Below are positions 36,714 to 48,600 of a stretch of DNA of 64,000 nt, piece by piece. The notes under the pieces were generated by a model. That model was given only the letters and a program-made list of their open reading frames with translations, was not told the DNA's origin and did not search any database. The stretch's first letter is position 1; each line of letters opens with the position of its first letter. The stretch spans positions 1 to 64,000 of the forward strand of contig CAUYUJ010000141.1 in assembly GCA_963575745.1 (NCBI GenBank), read 5' to 3'. The translations under genes and the position numbers were made by a program. The stretch comes from Prorocentrum cordatum. Its lineage: Eukaryota.

Positions 36714-39240
36714 CCCGCGAGGGGTCCAGGGCCAAGTGTGAGCCGATTGTTCAAGAACGCCAAACCATCAAGCCTGGCAGCCAGCCGTACTAGTCCCTGA
36801 CATCCGTCCTCGCCCGCGGCAGCTTCCCCCGCCACCGACGCCGTCGTCGTCTGCGTCGTTGTCGCCGTCGGCAATTTCCGTGCGTTTCCCGGAGTTTCCC
36901 GAAGTCTTCGGGCCATCCGCCACGCCTCGTGCAGAGCTGTCCGGGGAGCCCAGCAAGACTTGGAAAGGGGCACGGAGAACGCAAGGCGGGGCGTCGAACG
37001 GAAGGGGGGGGGGCTCACGCTATTACAGTACCCCTACCAGACGGCACTTGGCATTCGAAAGCGCCCACAGCGGGCAGGCATGGTTGCGCGGGTCATGGGG
37101 CCGGGATTCCGGACAGGCCTTCTCCTTTCGCACACGGGCCATCTACGTTCTAAGCCATGCGGTGCCACGCCATGACAAGCAATGCGATGTTGCGTTATGC
37201 TCCGCAATGCGACGCCATGTTTTCCGACGCTACGCTCTGCGATGCAATGCTACACTACGCAATGCCAAGCCATGCTATAACATTCTCCACCATGCTACGC
37301 CGTGCTTCACCATGCATCGCAAACCCCCTCGGGATCGTTGCCTTGCTCGACATCAGCCTGCGCGCGTAAGGAGGAGATCTGCGCCATGGTAAGGGTTGGG
37401 AGGGGCATGAAGACAGATGTGACGCGAGCGCATCTAGCTTGCCCCCCCCCTCCCGCCCCTCCCCAGCGCGGCCGCGAGCGACCAGCTTGCTCGCACTGCT
37501 TCGCACCGTGACCGCACACGTGCTCGAGGCAGGCCTGGCCGGCTCACGCAGACCTCTCGCCGCCCCGGGTCGGCCCAGCCCCGGCGGCCCGTCCTCGGCC
37601 ACCGAGCCACCAGTGCCAGCCCGAGGCGCACGGCGCCTTCAGCGCGCCACGCGCGACAGGCGCCGCCTGCCCGCCCGCCAGAGCAGGACGCGAGGCCGAA
37701 GCGGCCCTATGAGACCACAGGCGGGCCACCCGAGACGCAGCAAGCTCTGCGCGCAGGGGCGAGGCGATAGGGCTCGGCCCACGCGACACTAGACGAGCGC
37801 GTTCCGCTACTCACAAAGTTACTACTCCCAAGTGAACTGGATCCGCCGCGGGGGGGGTACGATTTATTACGTCGAGGCCCCCCCGACCCTTCCCCCCCCC
37901 CCAGCCGCCCAGAGCCCTCTGCACCCCGCTCCTCGCCGCCCCAACCACTTTATTTCGGCGTCGCACCGCCCCGCCCGCTCCGCCCCCCCCGCCCCTCCAC
38001 CCATCCACCCACACCAAGCACCACCACCACCAGCGCGACCCCCTCCGCCCCGACCAATTTATTTCAGCGTCGCACCGCCCCCCGTCCAGCGCCGCACCCC
38101 GCACCCCCCCAGCCCCGACCACGTCATTTCGGCGCCGCACCGCCCGCACCGCCCCGCCTCCACGACACGCCCCCCCTCCCCACCCGCCCAGTGCACCCCG
38201 CCCCCCTCCGCCCCGACCATTTTTATTCGGCGTCGCACTGCCCCCACAGTCCCGCCCCCCCGACCCTTCCCCCCCCCCAGCCGCCCAGTGCCCTCTGCAC
38301 CCCGCCCCACTCTGCCCCGACCACTTTATTTCGGCGTCGCACCGCCCCCACAGCCCCGCCGCTCCCACCCCTCCACCCACCCGCCCACGCCAACCACCAC
38401 CACCACCAGCGCGACCCCCCCCCCCTCCGACAAATTTATTTCGGCGTCGCACCGCCTGGAGCGGGCGCTGCCTTGGGCCACCGCGGGAGTCTCAAGCCTA
38501 CGCGTAACTAGCATCATGCGAGCTTCTGTCTCAGCCTGCGCGAGCTGGTCTTAAGATATCTGCACTGGCATGATTTTTGCGGTCGGGGGCGCACGGGGAG
38601 GGGGCATTGAGCCGATGCGTCTCCCAAACACATCAAGCGCCTGCATGCGTTGCCTTCGCACGGCGGATGCGCAGTGCCTTGCCGCATTGCTACCTTTGTC
38701 TCTCTCTCTCTCTCTCTCTGGGCCACATGGGGCGCGCGCACAGCAGCATCAGTGATTTCTGTCTGTCATACGCCCTGCGCGGCCATATGGGCCAGGCCCT
38801 CGGCTGCGCGCTCCAGCTGCTCGCTCCCGAGAGGGCCCGCATTCGGACCCGCTGCCGTGCATCTGTTTGGCTTTGGCCTTCACTGCGGCACGTCGGGCGC
38901 TCTGCTTGGCTCTGGGCGGCATGACACTAGGGGGGAGGGCGTACTGGATATAACGAAAGCTCTTCACAGCCCTTCAAGTCCGCTGCGGGTTCGCTGCGGC
39001 TTAAAGAGGGTGCGTCGGGGTAGCGGAGTAAGTAATACAACGACCGACTGAACTATCTCTGCCGGTCGGTTCGCGCGCGGGTGGTTCTGGGCGTCGCTGC
39101 CGGCACTGCCGAGCTACGCGCCTGTTTCCAGATGCATGTGCGCCGTGGCCAAGTAAGCCGCTTCTGTCTATGCGGCCGCCAGCGTCGGCAGCGCCAGCGG
39201 CGTGCCCAGGAGCCGGCGCATCGCGGCCACGGCGGCCATC
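36714..39240 (-). CDS. Cluster of putative 5' exons: 36714-36796, ~37328-37433, ~37815-37836, 38472-38549, 38945-39047, ~39120-39240
   Basis: AG…GT/GC-bounded unique islands translating GLVRLAARLDGLAFLNNRLTLG, VTSVFMPLPTLTMAQISSLRAQADVEQ, DQLAQAETEARMMLVTRRLE and RSLYYLLRYPDAPSLS. Phases were not fully reconciled. Confidence 0.4.
37860..38455. repeat. C-rich minisatellite with core tttatttcggcgtcgcaccgcccc
   Basis: Core at about 37950, 38060, 38125, 38222, 38325 and 38435. Confidence 0.8.
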
Positions 39241-39319
39241 TCGAACGCCTTTTTCGGCGATCTTCTCTCAAACCCTTCTGCTGGAAAGGCGGGAGTGGGT
39301 CCGAAATAATTAATTAGTT

Positions 39320-40925
39320 CAGAGATCCAGCGTCGAACTCGAACTCTCGGCGCCCGTTCGCGCGCACCCTTTGTTCGAGGGCGAAATCCAACGAAATAGT
39401 TCGAGCTCGAAGCGGAACTACGGACGAAGAACTCTGCTGACTGCGGTTCCTTTGAGGGTTCGGGCGCAAACTCGAGCTCAGAGTTCGAGCTCCCGGCCGA
39501 ACTCTGAGCCGAACCTCGGCTCATCAAATTGTTCAACGCGGAGTTCTCGATCGAACCCAGACTTTGACGTAGAAAACAGGCACTTGTTAGCTCTCGGGCT
39601 AGGGTCCGGGCTCGAGCTCGGGGTCGGGCCCAGACAAAGGCTAGGGCTCGGATAGAGCTCCATGCGTTCCGAAGAAAGCTCGAGAGTGGGTCCAGAGTCC
39701 GAATCTGGAGTTTGAGTTTAGGCTCGAAACGCAGACTCTCTGTCGGCGGTTGGCCGCGGAGGGGGGGGGGGGAAATGGAAACAGGAACAACTAGTTCATT
39801 TCCGTTTGAAGAGAGTTTAGGAGTTTAGAGTTGCTCCGGGGGGCTTGAGTCGGGCTCGGGCTTGGGTTCCCGCTCGGGCCCAGCCTCGAGCTTGGGCTCG
39901 GGCCCGGACAGAAGCTAGGGCTCGGATGGAGCTCCCCGAAGAAAGCTCGAGAGTGGGTCCGAAGTCCAACTTCAGAGTACCTCGTGGAGCTCTTCGGCAT
40001 CGATGAGCTTGAGGAATTCCGGCGCGCGGTGGAGCTAGTTGGCCCACCCGGCCCGGGCGGACAATGTGGCAACTTTGGGTCGGCTCTTGGGAGATTGTGA
40101 GAGATTTGACAATTCGTTTTGAGATTCCAGATTCTCATTCCCTGCAGTCGATTACGGCGAGCTTCATGGTGCAATTCTCAGGGCTGTAGCTGCAGCACGA
40201 CTCTCGAAATTAGGGGGACCCGTCGGCCGTCGGGATGCATTTTCCAGGTGATAATGTTTTCTTGAACTTAACTCGAGCGGAGAGCAAGCCACACAGCTCC
40301 AGTATGTTCTGCACCTGTTGTAGGTTATGACGCGTCGGGCCGTTGAATTCTCAGGTCCGTAGCTGCAGTATTACCATCAAACATTTGGCGGAACCAACTT
40401 CGTATACAGCCGAAAAAATACATGATTGGTGTTTTTAAGCTGATATTTAGGGAAGCTTTCTCGTCGTATTCCGAGCACTATTTCGCGTGTCAAGAGCTCT
40501 ACGAGGGCCCCAGCGGATACCTGGTTGACAGTTTACCGCCGGCTCCCAGTCTTTGTTTCGGCTCGAAACTCGAACACTCCCTCGGCGGTTGACTGGAAGG
40601 ACTCGGACTGGCACTGGGGCTCGGATCTGTTCGCGACCTGGCCCAAGATCAAAGTGAGACTGAGGTCTCGCTTCGCGTTTGAGTTCTAGATTCAAACCTG
40701 GACAGACGAAATATCTGGACGCGGAGCCGAGGTCACGGAGAGGACACACGAAGCCGAGATCTGCACGGAGCTGAACTGAGCCAACAGCAGAGTTGTTTGA
40801 TCCGCAGTTTCGCACTGAACTCGAAATGAGAGTTTCATTTCAACTGCGCAGTCAGGTTCGACTTCGGGGCCCTCGAACTGAGGTTCGAGTTCGGAGCCAA
40901 ACTCAGGACTAACTATTCCAGATCC
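39320..40925. repeat. Degenerate ctcgag/ctcggg repeat family, interrupted by an H2 insertion
   Basis: 39590-39755 is homologous to 39860-39977 joined to 40550-40600. Confidence 0.7.
39978..40549 (+). mobile_element. Complete solo H2-family Helitron2-like element (572 bp), no TSD
   Basis: 5' TACCTCGTGGAGCTCttcggcatcgatGAGCTtGAGG; 3' GAGCTCTACGAGG, then hairpin gcggata…ttaccgc, then CCCAG|T. The flanks rejoin to match the uninterrupted repeat at about 39686-39755. Confidence 0.8.
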
Positions 40926-41059
40926 ATTCTGGCAAAGAGAACCAGCCGGGAAAAACCCGGATAGCAGGGGGCACGAAGGGCGTGGAAAGGCCTGGCGAAG
41001 CACTCTAAAAGGACCAGAAGAGGGGAAAGAGGAAGAGGAGGATGCTGTGTCGTACACTC

Positions 41060-44000
41060 TAAGCTCATCTGCAACTCGAATTACATCAAGAAAGGCATCG
41101 TCGTCTGAAAAAGTTGCCGAATGCGCATAGTTGTTGCTTCCAATTCTGGTAGCAGACCGACTTCGGGCATCCAGACACTTGAGACGAGCGCTCCTGGTGA
41201 TTTCCTCTCATACAGCTCTGTAGGTCATCTGCAGCACGAGTTACATCAAGAAACTCATCATCATCTTTTTTACATAAAGAAATTAGCCTGGCGAAGGACC
41301 CAACCATATGCAGTTGTGAATGCCGCAATTGTGCTGGGTGGTGGCGGACGCATGCGGGCGGTGCCACTGGGACCTTCGGTGGAGCTCCCTACGGGGCCAC
41401 GAAACGCTGTACTGGGTGGGTGGGACGCGGTCAACAAGGGCTGTGCTGCGTGGTGGCGGACGCATGCGAGCGGTGCCACTGGGACCTTCGGTGGAGCTCC
41501 CTATGGGGCCACGAAACGCTGTATTGGGTGGGTGAAACGCAGGCAGGGAGCAAGGGCTGTGCAGGGTGGTGGCGGACGCATGCGGGCGGTGCCGCTGGGA
41601 CCTTTGGTGGAGCTCCCTATAGGGCTACGAAGCGCAAGCGCAGGGAACAAGGGCTGTGCTGGGTGGTGGCGGACGCAAGCGGGCAGTGCCACTGGGACCT
41701 TTGGTGGAGCCCATGGGGCCACGATGGGGGGTGTGCCAGAATGAACCGCATGCCAGCGCAGCCACTGGGGCCTTCGGTGGAGCTCCCTACCACTGTGAGG
41801 GGTGTGCCGAAATGCCGCATTGCGGCGTGGAGCTCCCTATGGGGCCACGAGACGTGTGAAGGGCGTGCCGAAAAAGGGGGTGGAACCGCATGCGAGCGCA
41901 GCCACTGGGGCCTTCGGTGGAGCTCTCTATGGGGCCACGAACCGTGTGAGGGGTGTGCCGAAATGGGGGGGGGAACCACATGCGAGCGCAGCCACTGGGG
42001 CGTTCGGTGGAGCTCCCCATGGAGCCACCCACGAAGCGTGTGAGGGGTGTGCCGAAATGGGGGGTGGAACCGCATGCGGGCGCAGCCACTGGAGCGTTCG
42101 GTGGAGCTCCCTATGGGGCCACGAAACGTGTGAGGGGTGTGCCAGAATGGGGGGTGGAACCGCATGCGGGCGCAGCCACTGGGGCCTTCGGTGGAGCTCC
42201 CTATGGGGCCACGAAACGTGTGAGGGGTGTGCCAGAATGGGGGTGGAACCGCATGCGGGCGCAGCCACTGGGGCCTTCGGTGGAGCTCCCTATGGGGCCA
42301 CGAAACGTGTGAGGGGTGTGCCAGAATGGGGGGTGGAACCGCATGCGGGCGCAGCCACTGGGGCCTTCGGTGGAGCTCCCTATGGGGCCACGAAACGTGT
42401 GAGGGGTGTGCCAGAATGGGGGGTGGAACCGCATGCGGGCGCAGCCACTGGGGCCTTCGGTGGAGCTCCCTATGGGGCCACGAAACGTGTGAGGGGTGTG
42501 CCAGAATGGGGGGTGGAACCGCATGCGGGCGCAGCCACTGGGGCCTTCGGTGGAGCTCCCTATGGGGCCACGCGGGCCTTTCGGTGGAGCTCCCTATGGG
42601 GCCACGAAACATGTGAGGGGTATACCAAACTGGGGGGGGGAAACCGCATGCGAGCGCAGCCACTGGGGCCTTCGGCGGAGCTCCCTATGGGGCCACGAAA
42701 CGTGTGAGGGGTGTGCCGAAATGGGTGGCGGAACCGCATGCGAGCGCAGCCACTGGGGTCTTCGGTGGAGCTCCCTATGGGGCCACGAAGCGTTTCAGGG
42801 GTGTGCCAGAATGGGGGGTGGAACCGCATGCGAGCGCAGCCACTGGGGCCTTCGGTGGAGCTACTTATGGGGCCGCGAAACGTGTGAGGGGCGTGCCAGA
42901 ATGGGTGTGGGAGGGGGAGGAGGGGGGGGGAGGGAGGGAGGAAGGAGGCGGGAACGCGGGGCACCGTCTCTTCAAAACGATGACCCAACACCACAGGATG
43001 GCTGGGAAAAAAGTACGCATAATGTTTGAAACGAACTCTGGTAGCAAACCGAGTTCGGGCATCGAGACACTCCAGACTAGCGCCTCTGGTAATGCCCTTC
43101 CGATTTCTGTGCCGAACAGCTCTGTAGCTCATCTGCAGCTCGAGTTACGTTGGGGAAATCATCATCACTCCTCAAAAAAATGAGCTGAGTACGAATATTT
43201 ATTCGTACTATTTGTTCGGACCCAACTTTGATAGCATACCGAGTTCGGGCATCTAGATACTTTAGGCTTGCGCTCCTGATGATTTGCCTTCCATTCCTGT
43301 GCCGAACAGCATTGTAGTTCATCTGCAGCTCGAGTTGGGTGGAGAAAATAATCATAACTCGTCAAAACATAATAGGGTGTGAGTAGTTGTTTCGGACCGA
43401 GCTCTGGTAGCACTTCGAGTTCGGCCGTCTAGATACTTGAGACTAGCGCTTGTGATGATTACCTTCCAATTGGTGTGCCAAAACAGCTTTGTAGCTCATC
43501 TGCAGCTCGCGCTAAGTTAAGAAAACCGACAGCAACTGCCAAGATGACATTAAACATCCGAGCCCGCCCACATGCTTCTTTGCAGTAATATGTACCCGAG
43601 CGACCTGAGATTGACATGGCGAGCGGCAATGAGATCGAATATTTGGATAAAAACGAATGTTCAAATTTCGAGAACATGATTTTAAATTTGTCAAAATGAA
43701 CTTCCGTTGAGATTTGTTCGACAACTAGCCCCCCATGGAAGAGGACTGGAGGAGAACAAAGAGTGAGGAGGAAGGAGATGGAGGAGGCCGAGGAAGAGGA
43801 CGAGGAAGGAGGAGGAGGGGCAGAGGAAGGAGAAGAAGGGTCAAAGAAGGCATTCTCATCTTAGAAAAAATAGTATAGCAAGAATAATTGTTTCCCGGAT
43901 AGCTGCGTGCAGCAGAAGGGTTTGACAGAAGAAGCCAGAAGGTGGTGAGTGGGGGCCCAACCCTCACGCTCGCCGGCACAGAATCGCCGCAGGAGCCTGC

Positions 44001-45470
44001 TTGAGTTCCCAGCGGGTCTGGGAGCGTGGCTTCCTAGCGTTTCCGATTCGCGTGGCTCCAGGGCGCGCGAAGTGCTTCTGCAGAGCTCCGCAAGCGCCGT
44101 GTGCAAGCCCCCCGAAGCGCCGTTTCCAAGCTTTCCGAAGCGTTTTGCGGCAGCTTCTCCACGCCGCTCCAGAATCCCCGCAGGAACTTGTCCAAAGTTG
44201 CAGCGGGTCCCGGAAGCTCCCATTCCAATATGTTCCCCTAGAACGTGTCCCTCAAGAAAATTCGCAGAACACGTATAGTTTTGCGGGCCCAGTTCTGGTA
44301 TCAGACCGAGTTCGGACATCTAGATACTTGAGAGAAACGCGCCTGATCTTTCTAAATGCATTAGTGCCTGCCAGCTCTGTAGCTCATCTGCAGCTCGAGT
44401 TAAGTTGGGAAAACCGAGAGCACCTGACATGACACTAAACAGCCGAGCCAGCCCACATGCTTTTTGGCAGTAATATGTACCCGATCGAGCTGAGACTCAT
44501 GTGGCGAGCGGGAATGAGAGCGCATATTGGGGGAAAATATTAGAGCTCTAACGAATGTTCAACATTCGAGAAATTCGATTTCAATAAATCAAACAGACAG
44601 AAAACTCGGAGCCGGCGTTAAACCGTCAACCTGGTTACCGCTGGGACCTCCGTGGAGCTCTCAGCACAGCAAATGAGCGCTCAGAGAACAGGGAAGAGCG
44701 TCTTCAAGTGTCAGCTTGAAAACTGACAAAATGTATTTTCCGCCTTTTGAACGACGCCGGTTCCTCTTAGTGTTTTCATGGAAATACTGCATCTAGAGCC
44801 CTGACGCTGGGAGCTGGCGGTGAACCGTCAACCTTGGTTAACGAAGGGACCTCGTAGAGCGCGCAAAGCGGGCGCAGCAATCTCGCATTCCGCGCATGCA
44901 AGGGTTCGGTTTCATGGGAGAAGACTGAAGGAGAACAAGGAGTGAGGAGAAAGGCGACGGAGGAGGCAATGAAGAGGAGGAGCAGGAGAAGAAGCAGGAG
45001 GTGGGGAAGGAAGGCGGGGATCACGAAAGGCATCGTCATCTCTGAGAAAAATTAGCAGAGTACAGATAGTTTCTGATTCCAAGCGTGACAAGTTCAGGCA
45101 TCTGGATACTTGAGACTAGCGCGTCTGATGATTTCCTTCCGATCGTTGTGCCGAACAGCTCTGTTGCTCATCTGCAGCTCAAGTTCTCTCAAGAAACTTA
45201 CCATCATCTCTCCTACATTTCAATAGGATACGAACAGATGTTCCAACCCAGCTCTGGTAGCAGACAGAGTCATGACGTCTAGATACTGGAGACCTGCGCT
45301 CCTGATTAGTTCCTGTCGCCTGGTGTGACAAACAGATCTGTAGCAGATCTCCAGCTCCAGCCCAGCCAAGAAAACAATCCCGATCTCAAATAATAGCAGA
45401 GTACCAATAGATTTGTTGCTCTAGCTCCGGTAGCAAACCGAGTTCAGACATCTAGACATTTGAGACGAAC
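41060..45470. repeat. Older, diverged ~177 bp-type monomers (ctctggtagcagaccgagttc…agctctgtagctcatctgcagctcgagtta)
   Basis: Recognisable but degenerate relatives of the monomers in 46.3-64 kb. Confidence 0.75.
41283..43006 (-). mobile_element. Family H1 copy 4 (~119 bp array then homogeneous 90 bp array), inserted in an A-run of the 177 bp-type repeat
   Basis: gaaa|ttagcctggcgaaggacccaaccatatgcag ... cccaacaccacaggatggctggg|aaaaaagtacg; the flanks continue one diverged monomer. Confidence 0.8.
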
Positions 45471-45475
45471 GCGCC

Positions 45476-45670
45476 GCACGCAACCTGATTGGAGTAGAAG
45501 GTGCGGCCCTCTCGGGCCAGTTGGGTGAGCTCGTCGGCCCTGGTGTTATCTTCCCTGTACTCATGTCGAAATATGTCCCGTCCTATGTTCGCCGCGCGGA
45601 TGCTGGCACGGCAGCTCAACTCGTACATTGTCTCCACACACTCCGCAAGCCTGTCGGCATAACCCTGATT
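45476..45670 (-). pseudogene. C-terminal fragment of an RNase HI-like domain (probable retroelement origin)
   Basis: …IGRDIFRHEYREDNTRADELTQLAREG matches the F.H..RE.N..AD.L...A motif of RNase HI-like/RVT_3 domains. Confidence 0.65.
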
Positions 45671-48600
45671 ACTGGGAACTGGCGGTAAACCGTCAACCAG
45701 GATACCGCCGGGCACCTCGTAAAGCTCTTTTGTTGCACAGCGTTCCTCGGAACACATGAAGGAAGCTTCCGAATCAAGAACAGAAAAACTTGAAAAAAAC
45801 ACGATTTTTCGGTTTTCATCCAAAGTTGGTCCCCTCAAGTCTTTCGATAGAAATACTGCAGCTACGGACCTAAAATTTTACTAGCAGACGCGGCATAACC
45901 CACTATAGGTGGGGAAGATCTGGTTTCTCGAAATGAATTGTCAAATATCTCTCAAATCTTAGCACTTGGCAGCGTCCAAAACCCGGAGAGCAAAGAGAAC
46001 ACACACCGGAAAGAACTTGCGCCGGCGGTGAACCGTCAACCTGGTCACCGCCGGTAACCTCGTAGAGCTCCACGGATCATATTGCTAAGAATCGAAATAG
46101 GAAGCTTCTGGAAGCATTTCTCGAAAAAAACAATAATCATATTTTTCATGTCAACGTGAAGTTGGTTTCGCCAAGTGTTTTGATAGTAAACGTGTGCCTA
46201 CAGAGCTCATATTAAGACGCAGAGGCCCTCATAGTTGTCTACAGGTCCGAAAAATCTGCTTTCTTAAAATAAATTGTCAAATATCTTTCAAATCTTAGAA
46301 ACCGACCGAAAGTTGTCACATCTTCTTTTCTGGCCGGGTCGTCCAACTGGGCGCGGGCGGTAAACCATCAACCTTTCTTACCGCCGGGGGACTCGTAGAG
46401 CTTCCTGATAATATACAATGTTGAAAGAAAATTGCAGAGGACGAATAGTTTTACACCTCTCGATGCAACAGCCGAACGCCCCCTAATGCCTCTGGATTGT
46501 CTTCTGTACGAGCTCTGTAGCTCTCCTGCAGCCCGAGATACGTGCGTAAATTGATAGCACCTCTCAAGATGACTCGAACAAAACAAATAGTTTCGCAAAC
46601 CCAGCTCGAGTATCAAACCGAGTTCAGAGCTCTGAATGCGACCGGCGGACGCGTCTGATGATTACCAGCCCTGCAGCCTGCAGCATGAGTTAAGTGCAGA
46701 AAACCGAGAGCACCTCTCAGGATGACTCGAACAATACGAACAGTTTCGCGCATCTAGTTCGGGCAGCAGACCGAGTTCCGAGCTCTGGATTCGACAGACG
46801 GACGCGCCTGATGTCTTCAAATCGATGTATGTGATCACCTGCACTGTAGCCACCTACAGCCCGAGTTAAGTGCAGAAACCCGACAGCACCTCTCAAGATG
46901 ACTCGAACGATACGAATAGTTTCGTGATTTTAGATCGGGCAGCAGACCGAGTTCAGATCCCAAACGCGAATGATTCTGAATCGGTTTCTGTAAGTATCAG
47001 CTCTGTAGCTGTCCTATAGCTCGAGTTTATTACAGAAAACCGAGAGCGCCTGTGAAGATGACTCGAAAAATATGAACAGGTTTACGGACCTAGCTCGGCT
47101 AGCAGACCGAGTTCAGACCTCTAGATGCAACAGACAGACGTGCCTGATCATTCTAAATCGATGAAGTGTGCTTAGCAGCTGTGTAGTTGTCCTGTATCTC
47201 GAGTTAAGGCGAATAAACTAACAGCGCGCATCACGATGACTCGAAACGGCCGATCCCGCCTGGACGCTCTTTGGCAGTGAGAGGTAGCCGATCGAGCTGA
47301 GATCAAGATGGCGAGCGGTAATAAGATCGAATACCACGGGAAAAAATACTAGAGCTCAAACGAATTGAGGAATCTTGAGAACAAAATTTCCAACCGACCA
47401 ACTCGGAGCCGACGGTAAACCGTCAACCAGGTTACCGCTGGGAGCCTCGTAGAGCTCTTTCCCTTGCGCGGCCCTGCTCGAAACACATAGAAGAACTCCA
47501 TCAAGCGTTAACTGTCGATATTAATTAATAACTCGGGAAATGTTGTTTCTGGGTTTTACGCAATGTCAGTTGTTCCTAGTTCTCATGCGGTAAACCGTCA
47601 ACCAGATTACCGCCGTAAGCCTCGTAGAGCTCTGAATGGACGAAGTCGCGAAGCAGAAAAACGCTTCTCAATACCAGCTTGAAAAATAAAGAAATGTTGT
47701 TTTCGGTCGTACACAATGTTGGTCCCCCTAGTGTTTTGATCGAAATACTGCAGCTGGAGCACTGAGAATTGCACCATCGGAAGCGCCATGATTCACTGCA
47801 TAGAATGACAATTCGAATTTGCAAGACAAATTTCAAAATCTCTCGCCATCTTCGAAAAACCGCCCCCAGGTCACCACATTGTCCGCCCGGGCCGGATTGG
47901 CCAACTGGACGCCGGCGGTAAACCGTCAACCTTTCTTACCGCAGGGGGACTCGTAGAGCTTCCTGACAATATATAATGTGGAAAAAATGCAGAGAACGAA
48001 TCGTTTTTCAGCCCAAGCGATTTCAGACCTCTCGATCCAACAGCCGACCGCCCCCAATGCTTTTGGATTGTCTTGTTTACGAGCTCTGCAGCTCTCCTCG
48101 AGTTACGTGCGTAAATCGACAGCACCTCTCAAGATGACTCTACAAAACAAAAGGTTGGAAACCCAGCTCGAGTATCAAACCGAGTTCAGACCTCTGAATG
48201 CGACAGGCGGACGCATCTGATGTCTGCGAATCGATTCCTGTGACTACCAGCACTGTAGCCCCCCCTACAGCCCCAGCTAAGTACAGAAAACCGACAGCAC
48301 CTCTCAGGATGACATACAATAGTTTCGCGATTCTAGTTCGGGCAGCAGACCGAGTTCCGAGCTCTGGATTCGACAGACGGACGCGCCTGATGTCTCCAAA
48401 TCGATTCTTGTGACCACCAGCACTGTAGCCCCCTCAGCCCGAGTTGAGTGCAGAAGACCGAGAGCACTTCTCAAGATGACTCGAACAATACGAATAGATT
48501 CGCGATTCTAGATCGGGCAGCAGACCGAGTTCAGAGCTCCGGATTCAACAGACAACTGCCACTGATGATTCTGAATCGGTTTCTGTCCTATCAGCTCTGC

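Noticed and set aside
37860..38455. Conserved ~22 bp core with variable intervals as a CRISPR-like array
   Set aside because: The intervals are mutually similar C-rich low-complexity sequence of irregular length.
39240..39320. Dinoflagellate spliced-leader relic upstream of the putative first exon
   Set aside because: No match to CCGTAGCCATTTTGGCTCAAG was seen.
41617..43029. Repeat-protein ORFs (SSLWGHET/ELPMGPR)
   Set aside because: They are open in several frames on both strands and are translations of the H1 tandem unit.
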